Positions 42,085-50,370 of a stretch of DNA of 64,000 nt are shown here, one piece after another (position 1 is the first letter of the stretch; each line of letters opens with the position of its first letter). This stretch comes from Gemmatimonadota bacterium (GTDB lineage Bacteria > Gemmatimonadota > Gemmatimonadetes > Longimicrobiales > Gaopeijiaceae). A program made the translations under genes and the position numbers. The notes beneath the pieces are model-generated. The model made no database searches. It was not told the DNA's origin and saw only the letters and a program-made list of their open reading frames with translations. The stretch is taken from contig JBDHHQ010000043.1 in the NCBI GenBank assembly GCA_039589315.1, positions 32,001 through 96,000 of the forward strand, read 5' to 3'.

Positions 42085-44514
42085 ATGGGCTGGCTCAGGC
42101 AGGATTTCGCGTATGCGCTCCGCTTTCTCGGCAAGCGGTGGGGCGTCTCCACGGTGGCCGTGGTCGTCATGGCCCTGGGCATCAGTCTCACGGCCACCAT
42201 GTACGCCATCATCAAGGGCGTCGTCCTCAGCGGCCCGGACTACCCGGATCTCGAAGAGGTCATCTACGTCCAGACCACCATCCCGCAGAGCCAGTTCAAC
42301 CAGTCGGTCCGGATCCACGACTACCTGGACTGGAAGGCGGAGCAATCGGTCTTCTCGGAGATGGCGGCGTACTTCGGTACGGCCGTGAACCTGTCGGGAG
42401 ACGACACACGGACGGAGACGTATTCCGGCTCCCGTGTGAGCGCGAGCACCTTCGACCTGTTGCAGGAGCGGCCGCTGCTCGGACGCGTGTTCACCGAGGC
42501 CGAGGACCTGGTCGAAGACCAGAACATCGCCATCCTGGGCTATCACGTCTGGGTCAACCGGTACGACCGGGACCCCGACATCATCGGCAAGACGATCCGG
42601 GCGAACGCCCAGCCTACCACGGTCATCGGCGTCATGAATGAGGGCTTTCGCTTCCCCGAGCTTCACGACGTGTGGCTGCCGCTTGGGATCGACCCCGGGG
42701 CACTGGAGCGCCGGGAGGGCCCCGGGCTGCAGGTCATCGGCAGGTTGGGCGATGGCGTGACCCAGGACGAGGCCCTGGCCCAGCTCCGCACCGTCGCGGG
42801 ACGCCTCGAAGAGCAGTTCCCCGAGGCGAACCGAGACATCGTCCCGGTGACGGAGCGCTGGATGGACGCGGTCTTCATCGACGACGAGACACGAGGGCTC
42901 CTCTATACCATGTTCGTCGCCGTGCTCGGCGTACTGCTGATCGCCTGCGCCAACGTCGCCAACCTCCTCTTCGCCGTCACCAGCGCCCGCGGCAAGGAGC
43001 TGGCCATTCGCACGGCGATGGGAGCAGCCCGAAACCGGGTGTTCCGTCAGATCCTGGCCGAGACGCTGGTTCTGGCGTTGGGAGGCGCGGTCCTGGGTCT
43101 GGTGCTATCGAAGTTCTCCCTGGACCTGTTCGACCGTGTCGTCACGGGGCTGGGGCCTCCGCCGTGGATGGTGTTCGAGCTCAGTTCCGGCGTGATCCTG
43201 TTCGTGGTGGGCATCACCTTCGCCGCGGCCGCCCTGTCAGGATTCCTGCCGGCTGTCCAGGCCACCCGGGGCGACGTCCACGCCCTGCTGCAGGACCAGG
43301 CCCGGGGAAGCTCCAGCCGCGCCGTCAGCAGATGGTCCACGTCGCTCGTGGTGGTCGAGGTGGCCCTGTCTTGCGCCCTCCTCGTGGCCGCCGGACTCAT
43401 GGTGCGGAGCACGGTTCAGGTGGGACAGGCGGATCACGGCATCGACCGGGAGGGCATCCTGACGGCCCGGTTGATTCTCCCCGCGGCCACGTACACCGAC
43501 TCGATCGCCCGGCGGCAGATGGCCGACCGGATTCTGCGGGAGGCACGCGTGATCCCCGGGGTCACCGAAGCCGCGGTGAGCTCTGCTCTACCCGTGATGG
43601 GCACCGCCCTCCGGTTCTACGGCGTGCGAGACCGGGACTACGTGGACGACAGTGAGTACCCGTTCGGTGGCTACACCCGCATCTCTCCCGATTTCTTCGA
43701 GCTGCTCGACGTGCCGGTGGTCGCCGGCCGGTCCTTCAACGAAGGTGACGACATCGCGAACCAGCGCGTCGTCATCCTCGACCAGCGTTTCGTCGAGCGG
43801 ACGTGGCCCGGCCAGGACGCCCTCGGCAAGCAGGTGCGCCTCGGCCGATCCGACTCGGAGAACCCGTGGATGACCGTCGTGGGCGTCGTTCGCACCTTCG
43901 AGATGCTGCAGCCGCTCAGCTTCGCCGCTCGTCCGCCCGAGGGCATGTTCGTGCCCCTGGCTCAGCAGCCCGTGGGCGGCCTCTCGGTCATGCTCCGGAC
44001 CGGGGGGGACCCGCTGGCGCTGGCCACGCCGGTCCGGGAGCTCATGGCTCGACTGGACCCGGACATCCCGGTGAACAGGGTGGACTCCCTGGATGAGCAC
44101 GTGGCCGAGGCCTCGCTCGACATCCGCATCATCGGCGGGATGTTCCTGACCTTCGGGGCCGTGGCCCTGATCCTGGCGTCCATCGGCTTGTACGCGGTGA
44201 TGGCATTCTCGGTGAGCCGCAGGACCTCGGAGGTTGGGATCCGCATGGCGCTGGGCGCGGACGGAGTGAGCATCCTCAAGCTCATTCTGAGGCAAGGGGC
44301 GCGGCCGGTGGCTCTCGGGATCGTCATCGGGTCGGCCCTCGCGCTGTTGCTGGGCCGTGCGCTGGCCACCTTCTTGTACAACGTCAGTCCCCTGGACCCC
44401 CTCACGTTCCTTGGCATCCCGGTCCTGCTGGCCCTGGTGAGCGTGGCCGCGCTTCTGGTGCCCGCGACCCGTGCCGCGGGGATCGCGCCGGTGGTGGCCT
44501 TGCGGGACGAATAG
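42085..44514 (+). CDS. MacB/FtsX-type duplicated orphan ABC permease
   Basis: AGGAGG RBS; QDFAYALR, LLIACANVANLL, GLYAVMAFSVSRRTSEVGIRMALGA. Confidence 0.92.
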   Translation: MGWLRQDFAYALRFLGKRWGVSTVAVVVMALGISLTATMYAIIKGVVLSGPDYPDLEEVIYVQTTIPQSQFNQSVRIHDYLDWKAEQSVFSEMAAYFGTAVNLSGDDTRTETYSGSRVSASTFDLLQERPLLGRVFTEAEDLVEDQNIAILGYHVWVNRYDRDPDIIGKTIRANAQPTTVIGVMNEGFRFPELHDVWLPLGIDPGALERREGPGLQVIGRLGDGVTQDEALAQLRTVAGRLEEQFPEANRDIVPVTERWMDAVFIDDETRGLLYTMFVAVLGVLLIACANVANLLFAVTSARGKELAIRTAMGAARNRVFRQILAETLVLALGGAVLGLVLSKFSLDLFDRVVTGLGPPPWMVFELSSGVILFVVGITFAAAALSGFLPAVQATRGDVHALLQDQARGSSSRAVSRWSTSLVVVEVALSCALLVAAGLMVRSTVQVGQADHGIDREGILTARLILPAATYTDSIARRQMADRILREARVIPGVTEAAVSSALPVMGTALRFYGVRDRDYVDDSEYPFGGYTRISPDFFELLDVPVVAGRSFNEGDDIANQRVVILDQRFVERTWPGQDALGKQVRLGRSDSENPWMTVVGVVRTFEMLQPLSFAARPPEGMFVPLAQQPVGGLSVMLRTGGDPLALATPVRELMARLDPDIPVNRVDSLDEHVAEASLDIRIIGGMFLTFGAVALILASIGLYAVMAFSVSRRTSEVGIRMALGADGVSILKLILRQGARPVALGIVIGSALALLLGRALATFLYNVSPLDPLTFLGIPVLLALVSVAALLVPATRAAGIAPVVALRDE

Positions 44515-44621
44515 GGGCGGGCGCGGCGCCGGCCCGGAGTCCAGTCGGCCGAGCGGGACCGGCCCCGCGGGAGGGTCGCGCAGCCGTAGACGCGAGCAGG
44601 CCGACGGCGTAAGCTGCGTCC

Positions 44622-45446
44622 ATGTGCCGATGGCTCGCATATTCCGGTGGCCCGATCTTCCTCGAGGACCTGCTGTTCAGGCCCGAGCACTCCTTGATCG
44701 ACCAGAGCCTCGAAGCCAAATGGACCGCCAGCACCACCAACGGGGACGGGTTCGGCGTGGGCTGGTACGGCCTTCGGGACTTCCCTGGCGTTTACAAGGA
44801 TATCCAGCCTGCCTGGAACGACGACAACCTCCACGCGGTCGCCTCGCAGGTGCGCTCCCCCATGTTCTTGGCCCACGTACGGGCGACCACGGGCACGCCG
44901 GTACAACGCACCAACTGCCACCCGTTTCAGCATCGGGAGTGGCTCTTCGTGCACAACGGGCTCATCGACCACTTCGAGGTCATCCGCCGCGACCTGGTGA
45001 TGGCGGTGGATCCGTCACTGTTCATGGCCATCGAGGGCTCCACCGATTCCGAGCTCATGTTCTTCCTGGCGCTGTCCCTGGGACTCCAGGACGACCCCAT
45101 CGGAGGCCTGGAGCGGATGGTGGGACTGGTGGAGGACGTGGCGGCCCGGCACGGCGTCATTCCGTCCATCCAGATGTCGGTGGGCATGGCCGACGGCAAG
45201 CGTCTGTACGGCGTGCGCTACTCGACCGAGGGGGACACCCGCACGCTGTTCCACAGCAAGAGCGTCGAGGCCATCCGGGAGATCAACCCGGAGCTGGGGC
45301 AACGCCTTCCGGAGGAGGCCCGGGCCGTCGTCTCCGAGCCCCTGACGGTCCTGGACGTCTACTGGCAGGAGGTGGCCGAGGCCACCGCCGTGATCGTCGA
45401 AGACGGGGAGGTCACCGCCGTGCCGTTTCGGCCGCGGATGGACTGA
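44622..45446 (+). CDS. Class II glutamine amidotransferase / Ntn hydrolase (EgtC/YafJ-like)
   Basis: N-terminal MCRW, NGDGFGVGWY, AHVRATT, NCHPF, HNG, GSTDSE, SEP. Confidence 0.92.
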   Translation: MCRWLAYSGGPIFLEDLLFRPEHSLIDQSLEAKWTASTTNGDGFGVGWYGLRDFPGVYKDIQPAWNDDNLHAVASQVRSPMFLAHVRATTGTPVQRTNCHPFQHREWLFVHNGLIDHFEVIRRDLVMAVDPSLFMAIEGSTDSELMFFLALSLGLQDDPIGGLERMVGLVEDVAARHGVIPSIQMSVGMADGKRLYGVRYSTEGDTRTLFHSKSVEAIREINPELGQRLPEEARAVVSEPLTVLDVYWQEVAEATAVIVEDGEVTAVPFRPRMD

Positions 45447-45500
45447 CGCGCGGGGGCGAGAGCGAGCGGTCCCCTGGGGGCGCCTGCGCCATCGGTCGCA

Positions 45501-46976
45501 TCAGAGCGCCGATGCCGCGCTTTCGCCGGCGAGCCGTCCGAACACCGCGCCGGACATGAGGCCCGCGCCCCCGGGGTAGTTGTCGTGGAAGAGGCCGCCG
45601 ACCATCTCGCCGGCGGCGTAGAGCCCGGCGATCGGCGCGCCGCCCTGCCCCAACACCGCGGTCGTCCGGTCGACCCGAACGCCCCCGAAGGTGAAAGTGA
45701 TCCCGCAGGTCACCGGGAACGCCAGGAAGGGCGGCCGCTCGAGGCGGAGCGCCCAGTTGGACTTGGGGGGCATGATTCCGTCCGTGCGCTTGCCATCGAG
45801 CTCACTCGGCCGGAATTCGCCCTCCTGGACCGCAGCATTGTACGCGGCCACGGTCGCCAGGAACCGTCCGCCATCGACGTCCAACTGCTCGACCAACCCC
45901 TCCAGGGTGTCCGACTCGTACCGGGTGGCGTCGGGACCCGAATACTCCGACCGGAGTAAGCCGGCCACCTGGCCGTCGAAGACGTGATACGCCACGCCCC
46001 CGGGCTGCCGAAGCACCTCCCGGCCATAGCGGGCGTACGTGTAGTTCCTGAAGTCGGCGCCTTCGTCCACGAAACGCCGTCCCTCCCGGTTGACGATGAT
46101 GCCAAGGGGATAGGAGTGCTTCTTGTACACGTCACCGGGCTTGTCGAAGTCGCCCACCGGAGGAGCTGCCACGTCCATGGCCACCGCGTGGCAGCCCGCC
46201 CAGTCGCCCCAGGGCCGGGCACCTACCCCCAACGCCATCTCGAGGCCTTTCCCCGTGTTGAAGCGTGTTCCCCGCACCACCGCCCGATCCCATCCGGACC
46301 CCAGGTGACGCACCCGCATGGCGGCGTCGGCCTCGAACCCGCCGCAGGCGAGGACCACGGCTCGGGCTTCGACTGCCTGCCGTGAGCCTGCGGAGTCCAC
46401 CTCCACACCGGTGACGCGACCCGCGGTCCGCGTCAGGCCCGTGGCGGCCGCCTCGTACCGGACCTCGATGCCCAGCTCGTCGCAGCGCTCGAAAAGGCGG
46501 CCCATCAGACCGATGCCGCGCTCTGCCGCGCGCACGACCAATCCGCCCCAGAATCGGAACGTGCCGCCCTCCTCGAAGGCCTGGTTGTCGTAGATCGGCG
46601 CGAACGCCACGCCGTGGCTCGCCATCCACCGGATCGTCCGATACGAACGGGTGGCCAGGAGCCGAGCCAGCGTGGGGTCCGTGTTGCCGCCCGACGTCCG
46701 TACCAGGTCGTCGAGGTACGAGGACTCCGGATAGGAGCCCACATGGAGCCGCCTCGCCTCCTCGTGAGTTACCTGGGGCATCACCGCGAGCAAGTCGTCC
46801 AGCCCCTGGTAGGCGCAGCGGATGGCTCCGTCGGTGAAGTGCGAGTTGCCACCTCGGTGCTCTCGCGGCGCCGCTTCGAGGACCAACACCGACCCGCCCT
46901 GCTCGCGAGCCGAGATGGCCGCGCAAAGAGCGGCGTTACCCGCTCCTACGACTACGACGTCCCAGGTTCTGTCCAT
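45501..46976 (-). CDS. tcuA: FAD-dependent tricarballylate dehydrogenase TcuA-like
   Basis: VVGAGNAALCAAISARE, RGGNSHFTDG, HSYPLGI..RFVDEGADFRNYTYA, GITFTFGG, NYPGGAGLMSGAVFG. Confidence 0.85.
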   Translation of the reverse strand: MDRTWDVVVVGAGNAALCAAISAREQGGSVLVLEAAPREHRGGNSHFTDGAIRCAYQGLDDLLAVMPQVTHEEARRLHVGSYPESSYLDDLVRTSGGNTDPTLARLLATRSYRTIRWMASHGVAFAPIYDNQAFEEGGTFRFWGGLVVRAAERGIGLMGRLFERCDELGIEVRYEAAATGLTRTAGRVTGVEVDSAGSRQAVEARAVVLACGGFEADAAMRVRHLGSGWDRAVVRGTRFNTGKGLEMALGVGARPWGDWAGCHAVAMDVAAPPVGDFDKPGDVYKKHSYPLGIIVNREGRRFVDEGADFRNYTYARYGREVLRQPGGVAYHVFDGQVAGLLRSEYSGPDATRYESDTLEGLVEQLDVDGGRFLATVAAYNAAVQEGEFRPSELDGKRTDGIMPPKSNWALRLERPPFLAFPVTCGITFTFGGVRVDRTTAVLGQGGAPIAGLYAAGEMVGGLFHDNYPGGAGLMSGAVFGRLAGESAASAL

Positions 46977-47086
46977 GGTCCTGCCTGGGTTGCGTCAGCA
47001 GCCAGCTCGTTGCCGCTGCGACGTCGGTGAAGACTTGAGCCTCCAGACCACTCGAAGTGGACCGGTCACACTCGTTTCGACACTCT

Positions 47087-47593
47087 CTAGAGGACGCCCA
47101 GGGCGCGGAAAGGGTCGGCCACCGACAGCGGCCAGTGGAGGCCGAAAAGACTGCCCACTGCCACCAGGAAGGCGCACACGGCCACCAACGCCCCGAACGC
47201 CGGGCCCCAGGCCACGCCGCCCTCCCGGCGGAGGAACAGCGCCACGAAGATGCCACTCGCCAGCACGAGCCCGATCATGCGGATCAGGACGAAGTAGCCG
47301 AGTAGCCACACGAGATAGGGCGCGATCCGTCCGAAAGCCACCCTGAGGCTGTCGGCCTCGGTTCCCGGTGCGTGTCCGGTTCCCCCGGGCATCTCTCGAG
47401 CTCCGGGCTCGGCAGGCCCCTCGCGCACCATAGCCCACAGCCCAGCCAAAGACAGCAGCACGCCGAGCCCGCCGACGAACAACGGATAGATGCGGGCGCG
47501 AGGCGGGAAGCCCAGAGATCCCCCGACGACGGCGGTGAAGACCACCAGCAGAGCCAGCAGTCCGGCCAGTCGATCCCGCCGACTCACGTTCAT
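47087..47593 (-). CDS. tctB: Tripartite tricarboxylate transporter small subunit TctB
   Basis: ATG 47593 overlaps the tctA stop; four to five TM helices, ARIYP motif; position in cluster. Confidence 0.8.
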   Translation of the reverse strand: MNVSRRDRLAGLLALLVVFTAVVGGSLGFPPRARIYPLFVGGLGVLLSLAGLWAMVREGPAEPGAREMPGGTGHAPGTEADSLRVAFGRIAPYLVWLLGYFVLIRMIGLVLASGIFVALFLRREGGVAWGPAFGALVAVCAFLVAVGSLFGLHWPLSVADPFRALGVL

Positions 47594-49062
47594 CCTGCCG
47601 TCCTCCGGTTGAGGCGGACGCCCAGCGTGGTGAGCACGACGGTGATGATGCCGATCCCGATGACGCCGGGCTCGAGGAGCCACGACCAGCCGTACCGGGT
47701 CATGGAGATCCACAGATTCCGCTCGATGCTGGCCGCCAGGACGAAGCCGATGAGCACCGGTGGGAGGGGGTAGCCGAGCCGCCGCAGGACCCAACCCATC
47801 AGGCCGATGACCACGAAGGCCACCAGGTCGCCCCAACTCCTGGTGCTCTGGAACGCTCCCGCGAGCATGACCACGAGCAGGAACGGGGCCAGTACGGCCG
47901 CGCGCACCGTGGCCAGTCTCGCCACCAATCCCGACAGTGCCAAGCAGCCCAGGGCGCCGAAGACGTTGGCCAACGCCAGGGTCCAGACGATCAGAAGCGT
48001 GACGTCCAGGTCGCCGCGGATCATGCGGGGCCCTGGCTGGAGCCCCAGCAGCACCAAGCCGCCGAGGAGGACCGCGGTGGTGCCACTCCCGGGGATGCCG
48101 AACAGCAGGGTCGGGATCAGGGCTCCCCCCTCCTTGGCGTTGTTGGAGCTCTCCGGCGCGATGACGCCGCGGATGTCGCCCTTGCCGAAGCTCTCGGCGT
48201 TCTTCGACGTCTGAGCCGCCACACCGTAGCTGATCCAGTCCACCACGCTGCCGCCGAGGCCCGGGATGAAGCCCACCGCCACCCCCAGCACCGCCGAGCG
48301 GAACACCAGCAGCCGCTCCCGGATCACGTCCTGGAGGCCCTCCCATCTGCCCCTACCCACCTCGACCGCCTGGGAGCCCGCGATGCTGGCCCCGGCGACG
48401 AGCAGATCCAGGAGCTCGGGCAGGGCGAACAGCCCCAGAGCCAGCACGACCAGGGGGATCCCGTCGTACAGGTAGAGCTGCCCGAAGGTGAACCGGTAGA
48501 AGGGCGTGGCCGGAGCGGCCCCAATGGAGGCGATCAGGAGGCCCAGCGCCGCCATCAGTCCTCCGCGGAGCGGGTGCTTCCCGGAGAGAATGCCCACCAT
48601 GGACAGGCCCAGGAGCGCGAGCATGAACAGCTCCGGGGAACGGAAGGCCAGCACCAACGGCCGAGCCACGGGCAGGATCAACAGGAGCGTGACCGCACCT
48701 ACCACTCCACCCGCCATGGACGAGAGGAACGCGGCGCTCAGGGCCCGGGCCGCCTCCCCCTTCCGGGCCAGCGGATAGCCGTCCATGATGGTGGCCTGTG
48801 AGCCCGACGAGCCGGGGACGCCCAGCAGCACGGACGGGAAGGTGTCGGCGGTGTGGACCACGGCCGCCATGCCGATGAGCATGGCGATGGCGGGCGCCTG
48901 GTCCATGCCGAACACGAACGGGAGGAGCAGCGAGAGGCCCACGGTGCCACCCAGTCCAGGGAGGATGCCCACGGCCATGCCCACGACTACGCCCGCCAGC
49001 ATGAAGGCGAGGTTGACGGGCACGAGGAGCGTGAGCAGCGCCTGCAGGGCCTCCTCAGCCAC
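47590..49062 (-). CDS. tctA: Tripartite tricarboxylate transporter permease TctA
   Basis: GILPGLG, DGYPLA, GVIAPESSNNA, LLFGIPG. Confidence 0.93.
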   Translation of the reverse strand: MAEEALQALLTLLVPVNLAFMLAGVVVGMAVGILPGLGGTVGLSLLLPFVFGMDQAPAIAMLIGMAAVVHTADTFPSVLLGVPGSSGSQATIMDGYPLARKGEAARALSAAFLSSMAGGVVGAVTLLLILPVARPLVLAFRSPELFMLALLGLSMVGILSGKHPLRGGLMAALGLLIASIGAAPATPFYRFTFGQLYLYDGIPLVVLALGLFALPELLDLLVAGASIAGSQAVEVGRGRWEGLQDVIRERLLVFRSAVLGVAVGFIPGLGGSVVDWISYGVAAQTSKNAESFGKGDIRGVIAPESSNNAKEGGALIPTLLFGIPGSGTTAVLLGGLVLLGLQPGPRMIRGDLDVTLLIVWTLALANVFGALGCLALSGLVARLATVRAAVLAPFLLVVMLAGAFQSTRSWGDLVAFVVIGLMGWVLRRLGYPLPPVLIGFVLAASIERNLWISMTRYGWSWLLEPGVIGIGIITVVLTTLGVRLNRRTAG

Positions 49063-49074
49063 GGGGGCCCCTAC

Positions 49075-50145
49075 TCAATCGGCGCGCTCCGGCAAGCGAA
49101 CGCCGTATTCCCGGGTGAGAAAGTCGACCAGCCAGGCTGTGGCAGCCGGCGGCATGCGTGACGTCGCGGCGAGGTTCTCCTCCACCTGCTCGCCGAGGTA
49201 GAAGCTGTACCCCCCCAAGAGTCGCTCGGCGAGCCGGAGGAAGTCCGGATCCTCCACCGCGGCAGCTGCGGCTCGGATGAGCCCCTGCACCCGCCCGTCC
49301 GGTGCGTCCCCATGCACCCAGAGGTTCTTCTGGGCGCTGAACCCGGCCACGAGCACTGCGCGGTATGCGTCCCAAGGGTCTCCAGACGGCGCACCGCCCC
49401 TGCAGGTCCAATAGGCGTCGGCGAGACTGGGCAGCTCAGGGAACACCGGATCGCGGATTACTCGTCCAGTCTCGTCCAGCATGCCGAAGGTGAAGAGCGG
49501 GACCGCCGTACCCTCCTCGACCAAGGGGACCACGTTCGCCAGGTACGCCGGGCTCGTCTGGTAGTCCAGGTTGGTCTCGCCCTGCTCGAACGCGACGCGA
49601 GCAGCTCCCTTTCCGCTGTACCCGAGGATGTCCAGGACATCGACGCCGAGCAGCTCGAACGCCAGCAGCGGCACCATGTCCAGGCCCGTGGGCGACACGC
49701 CGCCGTAGACCAGCAGCTGCTCCGTTTCACACAGCTCCTCGACGGATCCGATGCCGAGCTCGGCCGACGCGTAGACGACTCCGCCCACCGGCGAGCCCAC
49801 GATGCCCCGGAAGTCGGCGAAGTCGTAGCGCACCGCCGGCTCGCCCAAGAGCGCGGGGAAGACGTTGGATCCGCTGGAAACGAAGAGCGAGCGACCGTCC
49901 GGTGCGCGTCTCAAGGCGAACACGTTCCCCCCCTGAAGGCCCGAGGCGCCTGGGATGTTCACCACCTGAACGACGAGCGAGTCACCCAACTGGCGCTGGA
50001 GGAAGGGGGCCAGCGCACGGGCCCACTGATCCGATCCGCCGCCCTCGCGGAAGGGAACGATGATCTCGAGGGTCTCGTGACCCCCGTCGGCGCAGGAGGG
50101 GGTGGCAAGGGCCGCCAGGCACAGCCACAGTGGGCGGAATCGCAC
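49075..50145 (-). CDS. tctC: Tripartite tricarboxylate transporter substrate-binding protein (TctC/Bug), lipoprotein-like
   Basis: IIVPFREGGGSD, VNIPGASG, APDG, RDPVFPELP; probable GTG start at 50145 giving a lipobox-like TPSC. Confidence 0.85.
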   Translation of the reverse strand: MRFRPLWLCLAALATPSCADGGHETLEIIVPFREGGGSDQWARALAPFLQRQLGDSLVVQVVNIPGASGLQGGNVFALRRAPDGRSLFVSSGSNVFPALLGEPAVRYDFADFRGIVGSPVGGVVYASAELGIGSVEELCETEQLLVYGGVSPTGLDMVPLLAFELLGVDVLDILGYSGKGAARVAFEQGETNLDYQTSPAYLANVVPLVEEGTAVPLFTFGMLDETGRVIRDPVFPELPSLADAYWTCRGGAPSGDPWDAYRAVLVAGFSAQKNLWVHGDAPDGRVQGLIRAAAAAVEDPDFLRLAERLLGGYSFYLGEQVEENLAATSRMPPAATAWLVDFLTREYGVRLPERAD

Positions 50146-50370
50146 GTTGCGTGAGGGTCTCCGGGGTGAAGAGGGACGGCGTGCTACCGGGACGTCAGCA
50201 ACGATAGGCAGGCGGGACCTCGAACGGCAACGATCCTGTCGAACGGCCTCTCGGGCGGTGTGGGGCCGGCCTGGCCGGACGCCATGGCGATCCACCTACG
50301 AACCGTGGGCGAAGCGCGGTGCCACGGGTAACGGCGGACCTTCGCCCGGACGATAACTCGGGCACCCAGC

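Noticed and set aside
44622..45446. Ergothioneine biosynthesis (egtC)
   Set aside because: No egtB/egtD/egtA nearby; only a family-level call is supported.
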